Source: a virus (lineage: Duplodnaviria; Caudoviricetes). From it: a DNA stretch of 38,647 nt. Shown in pieces: positions 1 through 9,306 of the stretch. Positions within the stretch are counted from its first letter, which is position 1. The number at the start of each line of letters is the position of its first letter. Location of the stretch: positions 1 to 38,647 of the IMG/VR virus record IMGVR_UViG_3300020381_000016. One strand, written 5' to 3'. Made by a program: the position numbers and the translations under genes. Under the pieces are notes generated by a model. That model made no database searches and had not been told where the DNA came from. It worked only from the letters and a program-made list of their open reading frames with translations.

Positions 1-1676
1 TTACGCAACCTCTTAGTGGAACAATCGTTGGCCCAGGCACAACATCAACAGCGGACGGATATCTACAAGGTATCGTTACTGGTGTTGGATCAAGTACAGT
101 TGATGTTAAAGTTGTAAATCGTGTATCTGCTGCTGGAACAATTTTCCCAGTAGATTATACAGAAAGTGGAATCTTTGCATTTACAACAGGAACTAAGACA
201 AGTAATACATTACCTGGCCCTGGCGTTCTATTTTCAAGTGCTAGTTCTACTATCGCAAACCCTGACGCTGGTATTTCAACTTGTGCAACAATATTCCAAG
301 TTGATGACTGGTATGATAATCAGTACATTCAGTTAAAGAACGGTGCTGTAAAATGGTCTGAAATTGCTGACAAACCAGGCACAAGTGGATATGCAGTTGC
401 TAGAAACGGCTCTAATGATGAACTTCACATTGTTGTAATTGATGACAGTGGAAAGATATCTGGAGCAACAGGTGCAATTCTTGAGAAGTTTACATTCCTA
501 TCAAAGGCAGATGATGCAAAGAACTCCTTTGGAGATGCAATCTACTACAAAAACTTTGTTGCAGAGAACTCTGATAACATCTTTGTTGGAATTTCAACTG
601 GAAACGGAACAATCGCATCTGGTATTCTAACAGCATTTACTCCAACATCAACATCAAATACTTGGAGTCAAGATGCACAAGACGTTGACTTCAACTTTGG
701 TGGTAATATACTTTATGAATTACAAGGTGGTAAAGATTACTCTGGTGTAAGTACAGAAGGTGGTTACTCAACATCTCTCGGAAACATAATGGGTGGTTAT
801 GAAATCTTTGAGAATGAAGCAGAGTATGCAGTTAACTTCTTACTACAAGGCCCTGGCATTACAGGTAATCAGGCAGAATCTCAAGCAAAAGCAAACAAAT
901 TGATTGCAGTTGCAGAGGCAAGAAAGGATTGTTTAGCAGTTATCTCTCCAAATAGAGAGACAGTTGTTAACGTAACAAGTGCAAAGACACAAACAACTAA
1001 CGTTGTTCAGTTCTATGATCCAATTACATCATCATCTTTCGCAGTCTTTGATTCTGGTTACAAGTATCAGTTCGATAGATTTAATAATAAGTTCCAGTTT
1101 ATGCCATTAAATGGTGATATTGCTGGATTGATGGCGAGAACATCTGAGGAACAGTTCCCTTGGTTCTCACCAGCTGGATCACAAAGAGGAAACATATTAA
1201 ATGCAGTCAAACTTGCATATAATCCAAACAAGGTACAGAGAGATTCTCTATACACCAAGAGAATTAACCCAGTTATATTCTCACCTGGCGCTGGATTCGT
1301 TCTCTTTGGAGACAAGACTGGATTAGCAATTGCATCTGCTTTCGATAGAATTAACGTTCGTCGTTTATTCTTGAACCTAGAGGCAAGAATTGAAATTGCT
1401 GCAAGAACTCAACTTTTTGAGTTTAATGATGAGATTACGAGAGCAAACTTCCGTAATATCGTTGAACCATTCCTTCGTGGAGTTCAAGCAAAGAGAGGTA
1501 TTTCCGACTTCTTAGTTATTTGTGATGAAACAAACAACACACCTGATGTAATTGATGGAAATGAGTTTAAAGCTGATATCTTTATCAAACCAGCTCGTTC
1601 AATTAACTTCATCGGTCTTACATTCGTTGCGACAAGAACAGGGGTTAGTTTCTCTGAAGTCGCTGGTCGAGTTTAA
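1..1676 (+). CDS. gp18: Tail sheath protein (T4 gp18), 5'-truncated
   Basis: The frame of ORF 789..1676 is open from position 3 (TQPLSGTIVGPG...). Sheath C-terminal motifs: PWFSPAG, FGDKT, FDRINVRRLF, KPARSINFI. Directly upstream of the tail tube gene. Confidence 0.96.
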   Translation, partial: TQPLSGTIVGPGTTSTADGYLQGIVTGVGSSTVDVKVVNRVSAAGTIFPVDYTESGIFAFTTGTKTSNTLPGPGVLFSSASSTIANPDAGISTCATIFQVDDWYDNQYIQLKNGAVKWSEIADKPGTSGYAVARNGSNDELHIVVIDDSGKISGATGAILEKFTFLSKADDAKNSFGDAIYYKNFVAENSDNIFVGISTGNGTIASGILTAFTPTSTSNTWSQDAQDVDFNFGGNILYELQGGKDYSGVSTEGGYSTSLGNIMGGYEIFENEAEYAVNFLLQGPGITGNQAESQAKANKLIAVAEARKDCLAVISPNRETVVNVTSAKTQTTNVVQFYDPITSSSFAVFDSGYKYQFDRFNNKFQFMPLNGDIAGLMARTSEEQFPWFSPAGSQRGNILNAVKLAYNPNKVQRDSLYTKRINPVIFSPGAGFVLFGDKTGLAIASAFDRINVRRLFLNLEARIEIAARTQLFEFNDEITRANFRNIVEPFLRGVQAKRGISDFLVICDETNNTPDVIDGNEFKADIFIKPARSINFIGLTFVATRTGVSFSEVAGRV

Positions 1677-1686
1677 TTAAAGCCTA

Positions 1687-1694
1687 TCTAAATA
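1687..1694 (+). promoter_or_regulatory. T4-type late promoter variant (TCTAAATA)
   Basis: One mismatch to TATAAATA, intergenic, followed by AGGAG and the gp19 start. Confidence 0.6.
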
Positions 1695-1717
1695 ACAAAA
1701 GGAGTTAAACAAAGAAA

Positions 1718-2314
1718 ATGGCAACATTTAACCAAAGGAATATCACAGACTTTAGAGCCAGAATGACTGGTGGTGGTGCAAGGTCGAATTTATTTGAAGT
1801 TGAAATTACCTTCCCAGGCGGTCTTGCAATTAGTGAGAGTCTTGTAAGTGATAAAGTTCCATTCCTCGTCAAAGCAGCTGAAATACCAGCATCAAACTTA
1901 GGAAACATCCCTGTTCCATACAGGGGTCGTGTTCTTCCTATTGCTGGAGATCGTACTTTTGATCCTTGGACAGTTACTGTTATTAATGATACTGACTTTT
2001 CTATCAGAGATGCTATGGAAAGATGGAGTAATTCCATTAATGATATTCAAACTGCTCAAGGTACAATCAACCCAGAAGATTATCAAACAAGTGCAAGGGT
2101 ATTTCAAAAGAGTAGAGAAGGAATTGGGCCTGGTGATACAGAAAAAGATCTAAGAATCTATAAGTTTGAAGGAATTTATCCTAACGTGGTTAGTTCTATT
2201 CCTCTTGATTTTGGTGCAACAGATCAAATTGAAGAGTTTCAAGTAACATTCAACTATCTATACTGGGAAACAGAACAAACAGATCAACCGACTGGAACAT
2301 TACCTCTAAATTAA
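1718..2314 (+). CDS. gp19: Tail tube protein (T4 gp19)
   Basis: GGARSNLFEV, AGDRTFDPWTVTVIND and IEEFQVTF motifs; lies between gp18 and gp20. Confidence 0.95.
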   Translation: MATFNQRNITDFRARMTGGGARSNLFEVEITFPGGLAISESLVSDKVPFLVKAAEIPASNLGNIPVPYRGRVLPIAGDRTFDPWTVTVINDTDFSIRDAMERWSNSINDIQTAQGTINPEDYQTSARVFQKSREGIGPGDTEKDLRIYKFEGIYPNVVSSIPLDFGATDQIEEFQVTFNYLYWETEQTDQPTGTLPLN

Positions 2315-2320
2315 CTAGAG

Positions 2321-2356
2321 TTGATTTTTATCACAGTTTAAGTTATAATATAAATA
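2321..2356 (+). promoter_or_regulatory. Overlapping sigma70-like promoter (TTGATT-17-TATAAT) and late promoter (TATAAATA 2349-2356)
   Basis: TTGATT 2321-2326, TATAAT 2344-2349, TATAAATA 2349-2356, upstream of the portal gene. Confidence 0.7.
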
Positions 2357-2378
2357 CCAGTAAAGGTATAATTATACA

Positions 2379-4070
2379 ATGGCACAACTTTTTGGTTTCT
2401 CGATTGATGATTCATATAAGAAGCCGTCGAAAACAGTAGTCTCTCCTGTCCCCGAAAATAACGAGGATGGTGCTGACTACTATTTGTCGTCTGGATTTTA
2501 TGGTCAATATTTAGATGTAGAGGGAGTATTTAAAACAGAATATGATCTCATTCGTAGATATCGTGAGATGGCACTCCATCCCGAAGTCGATTCTGCGATG
2601 GAAGATATTCTATGTGAAGCAATAGTTGCAGATCAAAATGATTCACCAATTGAAATTGACCTTGAGAATCTAAAGGTAGGGCCTCAAGTTAAAAATATTA
2701 TTCGTGATGAGTTCCAGTACATTAAAGAAATGCTGGACTTTGATAAGAAAGCACATGAAATATTTCGTAATTGGTATGTAGATGGTAGAATATATTACCA
2801 TAAAGTTATAGATTTAGATAAACCAGAAGAAGGAATTAAGGAACTTAGATATATTGATGCACTTAAAATTAAATATGTAAGAGAACAAAAGAAAAAGGGT
2901 GGAGCAAATGCAATACAATATGCAAATAATGCTAGACCAGATGCTGATAGTAATCCATTAGACGCTGAATTTCCTGGCTTAACAGAATACTTTATATACA
3001 CTCCCAACTCATATCAAAAAAATCAATATGGATCTGTTGCTGTTACAGGACAACAGAAAGATGCAGTTAAATTTGCAAAAGACGCAATTGCATATTGCAC
3101 ATCAGGTTTAGTAGATCGTAATAAACATACAGTTCTTTCATATTTACAGAAGGCAATCAAATCTCTCAATCAATTAAGGATGATTGAGGATTCACTAGTC
3201 ATCTATCGTATGTCTCGTGCTCCCGAAAGAAGAATATTTTATATTGATGTTGGTAATCTACCAAAAGCAAAGGCGGAACAATATCTTCGTGAAGTTATGA
3301 ATAGATATCGTAATAAATTAACTTACGATGCATCTACTGGTGAGGTTCGTGATGATAAAAAATATATGTCAATGATGGAAGATTTCTGGCTTCCTCGTAG
3401 AGAAGGTGGTCGTGGAACTGAAATTTCTACATTGCCTGGCGGACAGAACTTAGGAGAACTTACTGATGTAGAGTACTTTCAAAAGAAACTTTTCCGTTCT
3501 TTGAATGTTCCTGAGTCTCGTATGGCGGATAATAGTGGTTTCAGTTTAGGTAGATCATCAGAAATATTAAGAGATGAACTTAAATTTACTAAGTTTGTTG
3601 GAAGAATGAGAAAGAGATTTAGTGGTCTTTTCCATGATATACTTAAAACTCAATTAATTCTTAAGAATGTAGTGACTCCCGAAGAGTGGGAGAGAATGAG
3701 TGATCATATTCAATATGATTTCTTATATGATAATCATTTTGCTGAACTTAAGGATTCTGAATTGATGCAAGAAAGACTTGGACTTTTAGCAACTGCTGAT
3801 CCTTACATTGGAAAATACTATTCTGTAGATTATATTCGTCGTAAGATTTTACGTCAGACTGACGATGAGATTGTAGAACAAGATAAACTTATTGATGCAG
3901 AAAAGAAAGCTGGTATCATTTTACCGACTGAACAGGAAATGATGTTAGCAGCACAACTTGAACAATCATCTGGACAAAATCTAGGAAAAACTCAGAATGA
4001 ACCAGATATTGATGAAACAAGTGTTGAGGCTCCAGAATCGCCAGGAGTTCCCAAAGGTGGCGAGATATAA
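2379..4070 (+). CDS. gp20: Portal vertex protein (T4 gp20)
   Basis: RAPERRIFYIDVGNLPK, EDFWLPRREGGRGTEISTLPGGQNLG and RDELKF motifs. Confidence 0.98.
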   Translation: MAQLFGFSIDDSYKKPSKTVVSPVPENNEDGADYYLSSGFYGQYLDVEGVFKTEYDLIRRYREMALHPEVDSAMEDILCEAIVADQNDSPIEIDLENLKVGPQVKNIIRDEFQYIKEMLDFDKKAHEIFRNWYVDGRIYYHKVIDLDKPEEGIKELRYIDALKIKYVREQKKKGGANAIQYANNARPDADSNPLDAEFPGLTEYFIYTPNSYQKNQYGSVAVTGQQKDAVKFAKDAIAYCTSGLVDRNKHTVLSYLQKAIKSLNQLRMIEDSLVIYRMSRAPERRIFYIDVGNLPKAKAEQYLREVMNRYRNKLTYDASTGEVRDDKKYMSMMEDFWLPRREGGRGTEISTLPGGQNLGELTDVEYFQKKLFRSLNVPESRMADNSGFSLGRSSEILRDELKFTKFVGRMRKRFSGLFHDILKTQLILKNVVTPEEWERMSDHIQYDFLYDNHFAELKDSELMQERLGLLATADPYIGKYYSVDYIRRKILRQTDDEIVEQDKLIDAEKKAGIILPTEQEMMLAAQLEQSSGQNLGKTQNEPDIDETSVEAPESPGVPKGGEI

Positions 4071-4073
4071 ATA
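4066..4073 (+). promoter_or_regulatory. T4 late promoter TATAAATA
   Basis: Exact consensus overlapping the gp20 stop codon. Confidence 0.75.
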
Positions 4074-4099
4074 AAACATAGGTATAGGATTTTTATCTC

Positions 4100-4315
4100 A
4101 TGGATGAATTAATGAATATGATTATTGCGGATGAATCTCCATCTGAAATCAGTGATTCAATAAAAAATCAATTATTTGCAAAGGCTGGTGCAAGAGTCGA
4201 TGCATCTAAACCCGCTGTTGCAAATGCAATGTTAGGTTATGAAGTTGAAGCTGAAGAAGATGAAGCATCTGTAGGTGAACTTGATAATGTTGAAGAAACC
4301 GAAGAGGAAGAGTAA
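4100..4315 (+). CDS. Small acidic prohead core protein (position of T4 gp67)
   Basis: 71 aa, very acidic, between portal and prohead protease genes, under a late promoter. Confidence 0.65.
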   Translation: MDELMNMIIADESPSEISDSIKNQLFAKAGARVDASKPAVANAMLGYEVEAEEDEASVGELDNVEETEEEE

Positions 4316-4873
4316 ATGGCACATCAACCAGTAGGAGATTCACAAACACTTACTACAGGAACAGGATCAACTAGGGTTCAATTTACGGTTCAATCTGATA
4401 CTCTCAGAGTTGTTCCGATATCTCAAAATGTTCATGTAGCGATAGGTACAACTGCGACTGCAACTACGTCTGATTACTTTGTTCCAGCTGGAACTTCAGC
4501 GACTTTATCATTGGGTAGAGTTAGTTCAATTGGAATTGCTGGGATTGCAAAAGGAGCTTCAACAGTTATTACATTACCAGAGGGAATGGGTAATCCATTT
4601 AATGTTAATGATGTATTAACTATTTCTGGTGTGACTGGTGTGACAGGATTTAACACAACTGCAAAAATAGTTTCCATTCAAGAACCTAGAACTAGAGGTT
4701 TTGCACAGTTTGGTGCAGAATTAACTGTTGATCATGATAGTCGAGCTCTTAATTCTGACAATGCAGTGGTAACTGCTGCACAAGCAAGAAGAACCTTAAC
4801 AGTTGCTGCAAGAACCGATTCTGGAACAGGAAAAATGTATGCACAACAAGTTCAAATCTCAGGAGTACAATAA
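4316..4873 (+). CDS. Hypothetical beta-rich virion/head-associated protein
   Basis: 185 aa, Thr/Val/Gly-rich, abutting both neighbours in the head operon. Confidence 0.7.
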   Translation: MAHQPVGDSQTLTTGTGSTRVQFTVQSDTLRVVPISQNVHVAIGTTATATTSDYFVPAGTSATLSLGRVSSIGIAGIAKGASTVITLPEGMGNPFNVNDVLTISGVTGVTGFNTTAKIVSIQEPRTRGFAQFGAELTVDHDSRALNSDNAVVTAAQARRTLTVAARTDSGTGKMYAQQVQISGVQ

Positions 4874-5523
4874 TGAAACTTATTAGAGAAGAAATAGAAC
4901 AGGTTGAAGTTATTGTTGAAAGTCGCAACGGTAAGAAAAACCTTTTTATTGAGGGAGTTTTCCTTCAAGGTGAAATAAAAAATCGTAATGGTAGAATGTA
5001 TCCAATGCAAACTCTTGCTCGTGAGGTTGGAAGATATAACGAAAACTTTGTTCAGAAAGGTAGAGCTCTTGGTGAACTGGGTCATCCAGATGGCCCAACT
5101 GTCAATCTTGACAGAGTTTCTCATAAAATTGTTTCCCTCAAAGAGAGTGGAAATAATTTTATAGGAAAAGCAAAGATTCTTAGTACCCCAATGGGTAAGA
5201 TCGCATCTAATTTATTAGATGAAGGTGTTAAACTTGGTGTTTCATCAAGAGGTGTAGGATCTTTAAACAAAACAAATGAGGGATACAGTGTGGTAGGAGA
5301 AGATTTTACTCTTGCTACTGCTGCTGATATCGTTGCAGATCCTTCTGCTCCAGATGCATTTGTGGATGGAATTATGGAAGGAAAAGAGTGGGTTTGGGAT
5401 GGAGGCATCATTCGTGAGCGCCTTGCATCAAAGACTTACAAAAGAATCAACACTCTAGTTGATCAAAATAAGTTAGACGAACAGAAATTGAGCGTCTTTC
5501 AAGATTTCTTAGCAAATCTATAA
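4873..5523 (+). CDS. gp21: Prohead core protease (T4 gp21)
   Basis: NRNGRMY, ALGELGHP, GVSSRGVGSL (catalytic Ser) and DIVADPSAPDAFV motifs. Confidence 0.97.
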   Translation: MKLIREEIEQVEVIVESRNGKKNLFIEGVFLQGEIKNRNGRMYPMQTLAREVGRYNENFVQKGRALGELGHPDGPTVNLDRVSHKIVSLKESGNNFIGKAKILSTPMGKIASNLLDEGVKLGVSSRGVGSLNKTNEGYSVVGEDFTLATAADIVADPSAPDAFVDGIMEGKEWVWDGGIIRERLASKTYKRINTLVDQNKLDEQKLSVFQDFLANL

Positions 5524-5525
5524 AT

Positions 5526-5533
5526 TATAAATA
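5526..5533 (+). promoter_or_regulatory. T4 late promoter TATAAATA
   Basis: Exact consensus in the gp21-gp22 intergenic region. Confidence 0.8.
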
Positions 5534-5570
5534 AAAACAGATTATACAAAAGGTAATTCGGAGAGTTCAA

Positions 5571-6641
5571 ATGTCCCGTGGGAAAAATTTACAAGAAATG
5601 GAGAACGCCGTAACCGCTGGTGCTAAACCCGCTGAACCCATGCAAACCATGGCAGGCGTAAGTTATGAGGATCTCGGTGGCCCAACTCCAGAAAATAACA
5701 AACCAGATGATGATTCTAATAAATTAAAGGATCCAGCTGGTGATGGTGCTTATGCAGCAAATCTCAAATCAGTAAAAGGTTTTATGTCTAAAGTTAAAAA
5801 AGAAGAAGTAGAACCTACAGAAGAGGAAGAGGTAGTTGCAGAGGATCAAACTTCTGAAGAAGAAGTGGTCGCTGAGGAAGAGACAGTAGAAGAAACTACT
5901 GAACTTCCCGAAATAACTGATGAAGTTGACATCGATGACGATGTTAATGCACTTTTAGGTGGTCAGGAACTTTCCGAAGAGTTTAGAGAGAAAGCTAAGA
6001 CAATTTTCGAGGCTGCTCTAAAATCTAAAGTTACCGAACTAAGAGAAGCCATGGAAGCTCACTACGAGTCAAAACTTGTAGAAGAGGTCGAAGGCATGAA
6101 AGACGAACTTATCGAACGTGTTGACTCTTACTTAGAGTACGTTGCAGATGAGTGGGTTCAAGAAAACGCACTACAAGTAGAGCGTGGAATTAGAACCGAG
6201 ATGACTGAATCATTCCTTGAAGGAATGCGAGGTCTTTTTGAAGAACATTATGTATCAATCCCTGAAGATAAATATGATGTCGTTGAGAATATGGTAGACA
6301 AACTTGACGAAATGGAATCAAAACTCAATGAGCAGATAGAAAAGAATATTACAATCAACAAGCGTCTCGCAGAGGCAACTGCTGATGGTATCCTTTCTGA
6401 TGTTTCTGAAGGCTTATCAAGCACTCAGAAAGAGAAGCTCGCTTCACTTGCCGAAGGTGTTGAGTTTGAAAGTGAACAATCTTATACAGAGAAACTAAGT
6501 ACTCTCAAAGAGTCGTACTTTAAAGTTGCTCCAAAAAGAAGTGACACAGAAGTGTTAACCGAAGAAGCTGCAACTCCAGAAACAACATCTGGTGCAATGT
6601 CAGCATACATACAGGCACTATCTCATGCCACTAAAAATTGA
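5571..6641 (+). CDS. gp22: Prohead core scaffold protein (T4 gp22)
   Basis: Acidic coiled coil; LSEEFREKAKTIFEAA, VDSYLEYV and LKESYF motifs; precedes the major capsid gene. Confidence 0.93.
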   Translation: MSRGKNLQEMENAVTAGAKPAEPMQTMAGVSYEDLGGPTPENNKPDDDSNKLKDPAGDGAYAANLKSVKGFMSKVKKEEVEPTEEEEVVAEDQTSEEEVVAEEETVEETTELPEITDEVDIDDDVNALLGGQELSEEFREKAKTIFEAALKSKVTELREAMEAHYESKLVEEVEGMKDELIERVDSYLEYVADEWVQENALQVERGIRTEMTESFLEGMRGLFEEHYVSIPEDKYDVVENMVDKLDEMESKLNEQIEKNITINKRLAEATADGILSDVSEGLSSTQKEKLASLAEGVEFESEQSYTEKLSTLKESYFKVAPKRSDTEVLTEEAATPETTSGAMSAYIQALSHATKN

Positions 6642-6690
6642 ATCTCAACTTGTTAATTAATCAAACAATCAAAACATAGGTAAAACGCAA

Positions 6691-8088
6691 ATGTTCAACA
6701 ATGCAGAACACTTGCAAGAGAAGTGGAAGCCCCTCTTAGAACATGATGGAATTGATGCTATCAAGGACAATCATAGAAAAGCGGTTACTGCTGTCTTGCT
6801 TGAAAACCAAGAAAGATTTTTAAGTGAGGAAAAATCATTCCTCCAAGAACAACCAACAATGAACGTTGGTAATGGCGGTTATACCGCCGGTGCTACAGCA
6901 ACAGGCCCTGTTGCTGGTTTCGATCCTGTTCTAATCTCATTGATTAGAAGAGCAATGCCAAACTTGGTCGCATACGACCTTGCTGGTGTTCAACCAATGA
7001 ATGCACCAACAGGACTCATCTTTGCGATGAGATCTCGTTACGTTGACGGAACAAACGCTGACGCAAGACTAGGAACTGAAGCTCTATTCAACGAGCCAGA
7101 TTCTGCATACGCTGGTCAGTCTCAGGAGAACAACCTTACCAATGGTATGAGTGGTGCTGCAACTGGTTTAGGTACAACTGCTCAGTCAGGTACTAACCCA
7201 GGCGCACTTAACCCATCAACAACTGCGACTCAAGTTGCATATGATGTTGGTCAAGGTATGCGTACAGACGACGCAGAAAAACTCGGTGAAAGTGGAACAG
7301 CTTTCAACGAAATGGCTTTCTCAATCGAGAAGGTTACTGTGACTGCGAAGTCAAGAGCTCTAAAGGCAGAGTACAGTTTAGAATTAGCTCAAGATCTTAA
7401 GGCAATCCACGGATTGAACGCTGAGGCTGAGTTAGCAAACATTCTATCAACTGAAATACTTGCTGAAATAAACAGAGAAGTTATCAGAACAATCTACAAG
7501 ACTGCTGAGACAGGTGCTCAGGTCAACGTAGCATCTGCTGGTACATTCAACTTAGACGTTGACTCAAACGGAAGATGGTCTGTTGAGAAGTTCAAAGGAC
7601 TTCTATTCCAGATAGAAAGAGATGCAAACGCTATTGCACAAAGAACTCGTCGTGGAAAGGGTAACATTATCCTATGTTCCGCAGACGTTGCTTCTGCACT
7701 AACAATGGCTGGTGTTCTAGATTACACCCCTGCACTTAACGCTAACTTAAACGTAGACGACACAGGTAATACATTTGCTGGTGTTATCAACGGTAAGTAT
7801 AGAGTTTACATCGATCCATTCGCTGCAAACAGTGCTGCAACTCAGTACTATGTTATCGGATACAAAGGTACTTCACCTTACGATGCTGGTTTATTCTATT
7901 GTCCTTACGTTCCATTACAGATGGTTAGAGCTGTTGGTCAGGATACATTCCAACCAAAAATTGGCTTTAAGACTCGTTACGGAATGGTTGAGAACCCATT
8001 CTCACAGGGTACAACTCAGGGATCAGGAACACTTACTGTTAACGCTAACCGTTACTACAGAAGAGTTTCAGTTACAAACCTCATGTAA
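6691..8088 (+). CDS. gp23: Major capsid protein (T4 gp23)
   Basis: GVQPMNAPTGLIFAMR, AKSRALKAEYSLELAQDLKAIHG and FQPKIGFKTRYG motifs. Confidence 0.99.
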   Translation: MFNNAEHLQEKWKPLLEHDGIDAIKDNHRKAVTAVLLENQERFLSEEKSFLQEQPTMNVGNGGYTAGATATGPVAGFDPVLISLIRRAMPNLVAYDLAGVQPMNAPTGLIFAMRSRYVDGTNADARLGTEALFNEPDSAYAGQSQENNLTNGMSGAATGLGTTAQSGTNPGALNPSTTATQVAYDVGQGMRTDDAEKLGESGTAFNEMAFSIEKVTVTAKSRALKAEYSLELAQDLKAIHGLNAEAELANILSTEILAEINREVIRTIYKTAETGAQVNVASAGTFNLDVDSNGRWSVEKFKGLLFQIERDANAIAQRTRRGKGNIILCSADVASALTMAGVLDYTPALNANLNVDDTGNTFAGVINGKYRVYIDPFAANSAATQYYVIGYKGTSPYDAGLFYCPYVPLQMVRAVGQDTFQPKIGFKTRYGMVENPFSQGTTQGSGTLTVNANRYYRRVSVTNLM

Positions 8089-8110
8089 TTCAGATATTAC
8101 ATATTTTTCT

Positions 8111-8137
8111 AAGAGATCCGAAAGGGTCTCTTTTTTT
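8111..8137 (+). terminator. Rho-independent terminator after gp23
   Basis: AAGAGATCC-GAAA-GGGTCTCTT stem with a GNRA loop, then a T tract. TCTAAATA at 8141-8148 would restart late transcription. Confidence 0.9.
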
Positions 8138-8153
8138 GTGTCTAAATAGTAAC

Positions 8154-8276
8154 ATGGATGATCAGAAAGCCGCAAAAATTTTAATCAAAAGATCAAAGAA
8201 AAATCCAATTTTATACTCAACTGCTGATATTCTTTACGCCAAAAGAATTAAAAAATTGCAAAAAGTAAATGACTGA
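8154..8276 (+). CDS. Small basic hypothetical protein (40 aa; not in ORF track)
   Basis: MDDQKAAKILIKRSKKNPILYSTADILYAKRIKKLQKVND; fills the gap after the late promoter and overlaps the gp3 start. Confidence 0.6.
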   Translation: MDDQKAAKILIKRSKKNPILYSTADILYAKRIKKLQKVND

Positions 8277-8865
8277 TTCAGTATCACCCTTTGACAAACA
8301 GATAGCCAATAGGAACTATATGTCTCCTCTTGGTTTTAAGTTGGTTTTAACTAAAACCCCAAAGGTTGATTTTCTTTGCCAATCTGCGAACATACCTTCA
8401 ATAAGCATGGGTACTGCAATACAACCAACTTATTTGAAGGATATTCCTGTGCCTGGCGATAAAGTTTTATACGATGATTTGACTGTGAGTTTCTTAGTGG
8501 ATGAAAAGATGGAGAACTATCTTGCAATTCACAAATGGATAACAGGTCTTGGATATCCTGAGTCCATAGACCAATATAATCAACTTAAAAAGGATGATAA
8601 AAGAACTAGTCGTATAGTGGGTGATGATGGAGACCCTCGTTACTTTGAATTTTCAGATGCTACATTACAAGTTTTAAGTAGTAATTATAAACCTAGTATT
8701 CTGATAAATTTTAAAGATGCATTTCCAATATCACTCTCAACATTAGAATTTGATGTCACAACTCGTGACTATAGTTTTTTTACTGCACAGGTTACTTTTA
8801 AGTACACCATCTATAACATAACTGATCCAAATGGTGTTAGACTAGATAACTACCCCCAAAAATAA
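8269..8865 (+). CDS. gp3: Tail completion / sheath stabiliser protein (T4 gp3-like)
   Basis: VDFLCQSANIP, VPGDKVLYDDL, FLVDEKMENY and FSDATL motifs; gp23-gp3-uvsY-uvsW synteny. Confidence 0.88.
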   Translation: MTDSVSPFDKQIANRNYMSPLGFKLVLTKTPKVDFLCQSANIPSISMGTAIQPTYLKDIPVPGDKVLYDDLTVSFLVDEKMENYLAIHKWITGLGYPESIDQYNQLKKDDKRTSRIVGDDGDPRYFEFSDATLQVLSSNYKPSILINFKDAFPISLSTLEFDVTTRDYSFFTAQVTFKYTIYNITDPNGVRLDNYPQK

Positions 8866-8871
8866 TTTTAT

Positions 8872-9306
8872 ATGATAAATCTTGATAAGATTCAGTCCAT
8901 GTGGCAAGAGGACTGCAAAATTGATATTGACAGTATGCATGAAGAATCAATAAAGATTCCACAACTTCATTCTAAATATCATGAGATGTTGAACAATTTG
9001 ATACTATTGAGAACCAATGCTCAGAAGATACAAAAGAGTGTTCGTCATCAAAGATATGAATACTACTCTGGTAAGGCAGATCCAGAGGTGTATGAGAAAG
9101 AACCTTTTCCAAAGAAAGTTAGAGATAAAGATGCGTTAATGAGATATATGGATGCTGATGAAAGATTAACAGAAGCAAATCTCAAAGTTGAATACTATAA
9201 TGTAATGATAAATTATATTGAGAGTATTCTCAAACAGATATCGAATCGTACATATCAGATTAAAAACTCAATTGAATGGCATAAATTCCAAGCTGGATTT
9301 GCATGA
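8872..9306 (+). CDS. uvsY: Recombination mediator UvsY
   Basis: IPQLHSKY, YYSGKA and QIKNSIEWHKFQAG motifs; synteny. Confidence 0.9.
   Translation: MINLDKIQSMWQEDCKIDIDSMHEESIKIPQLHSKYHEMLNNLILLRTNAQKIQKSVRHQRYEYYSGKADPEVYEKEPFPKKVRDKDALMRYMDADERLTEANLKVEYYNVMINYIESILKQISNRTYQIKNSIEWHKFQAGFA

Noticed and set aside
439-630. 63-aa + strand ORF, and the 789 start given for the sheath gene
   Set aside because: The ORF is out of frame inside gp18. The sheath frame is open from the window start, so 789 is an internal Met.
5790-5950. GAA-rich quasi-repeats in gp22 (and the cobT-like linker) as a repeat array or CRISPR
   Set aside because: Low-complexity Glu/Asp codons with no fixed repeat-spacer period.
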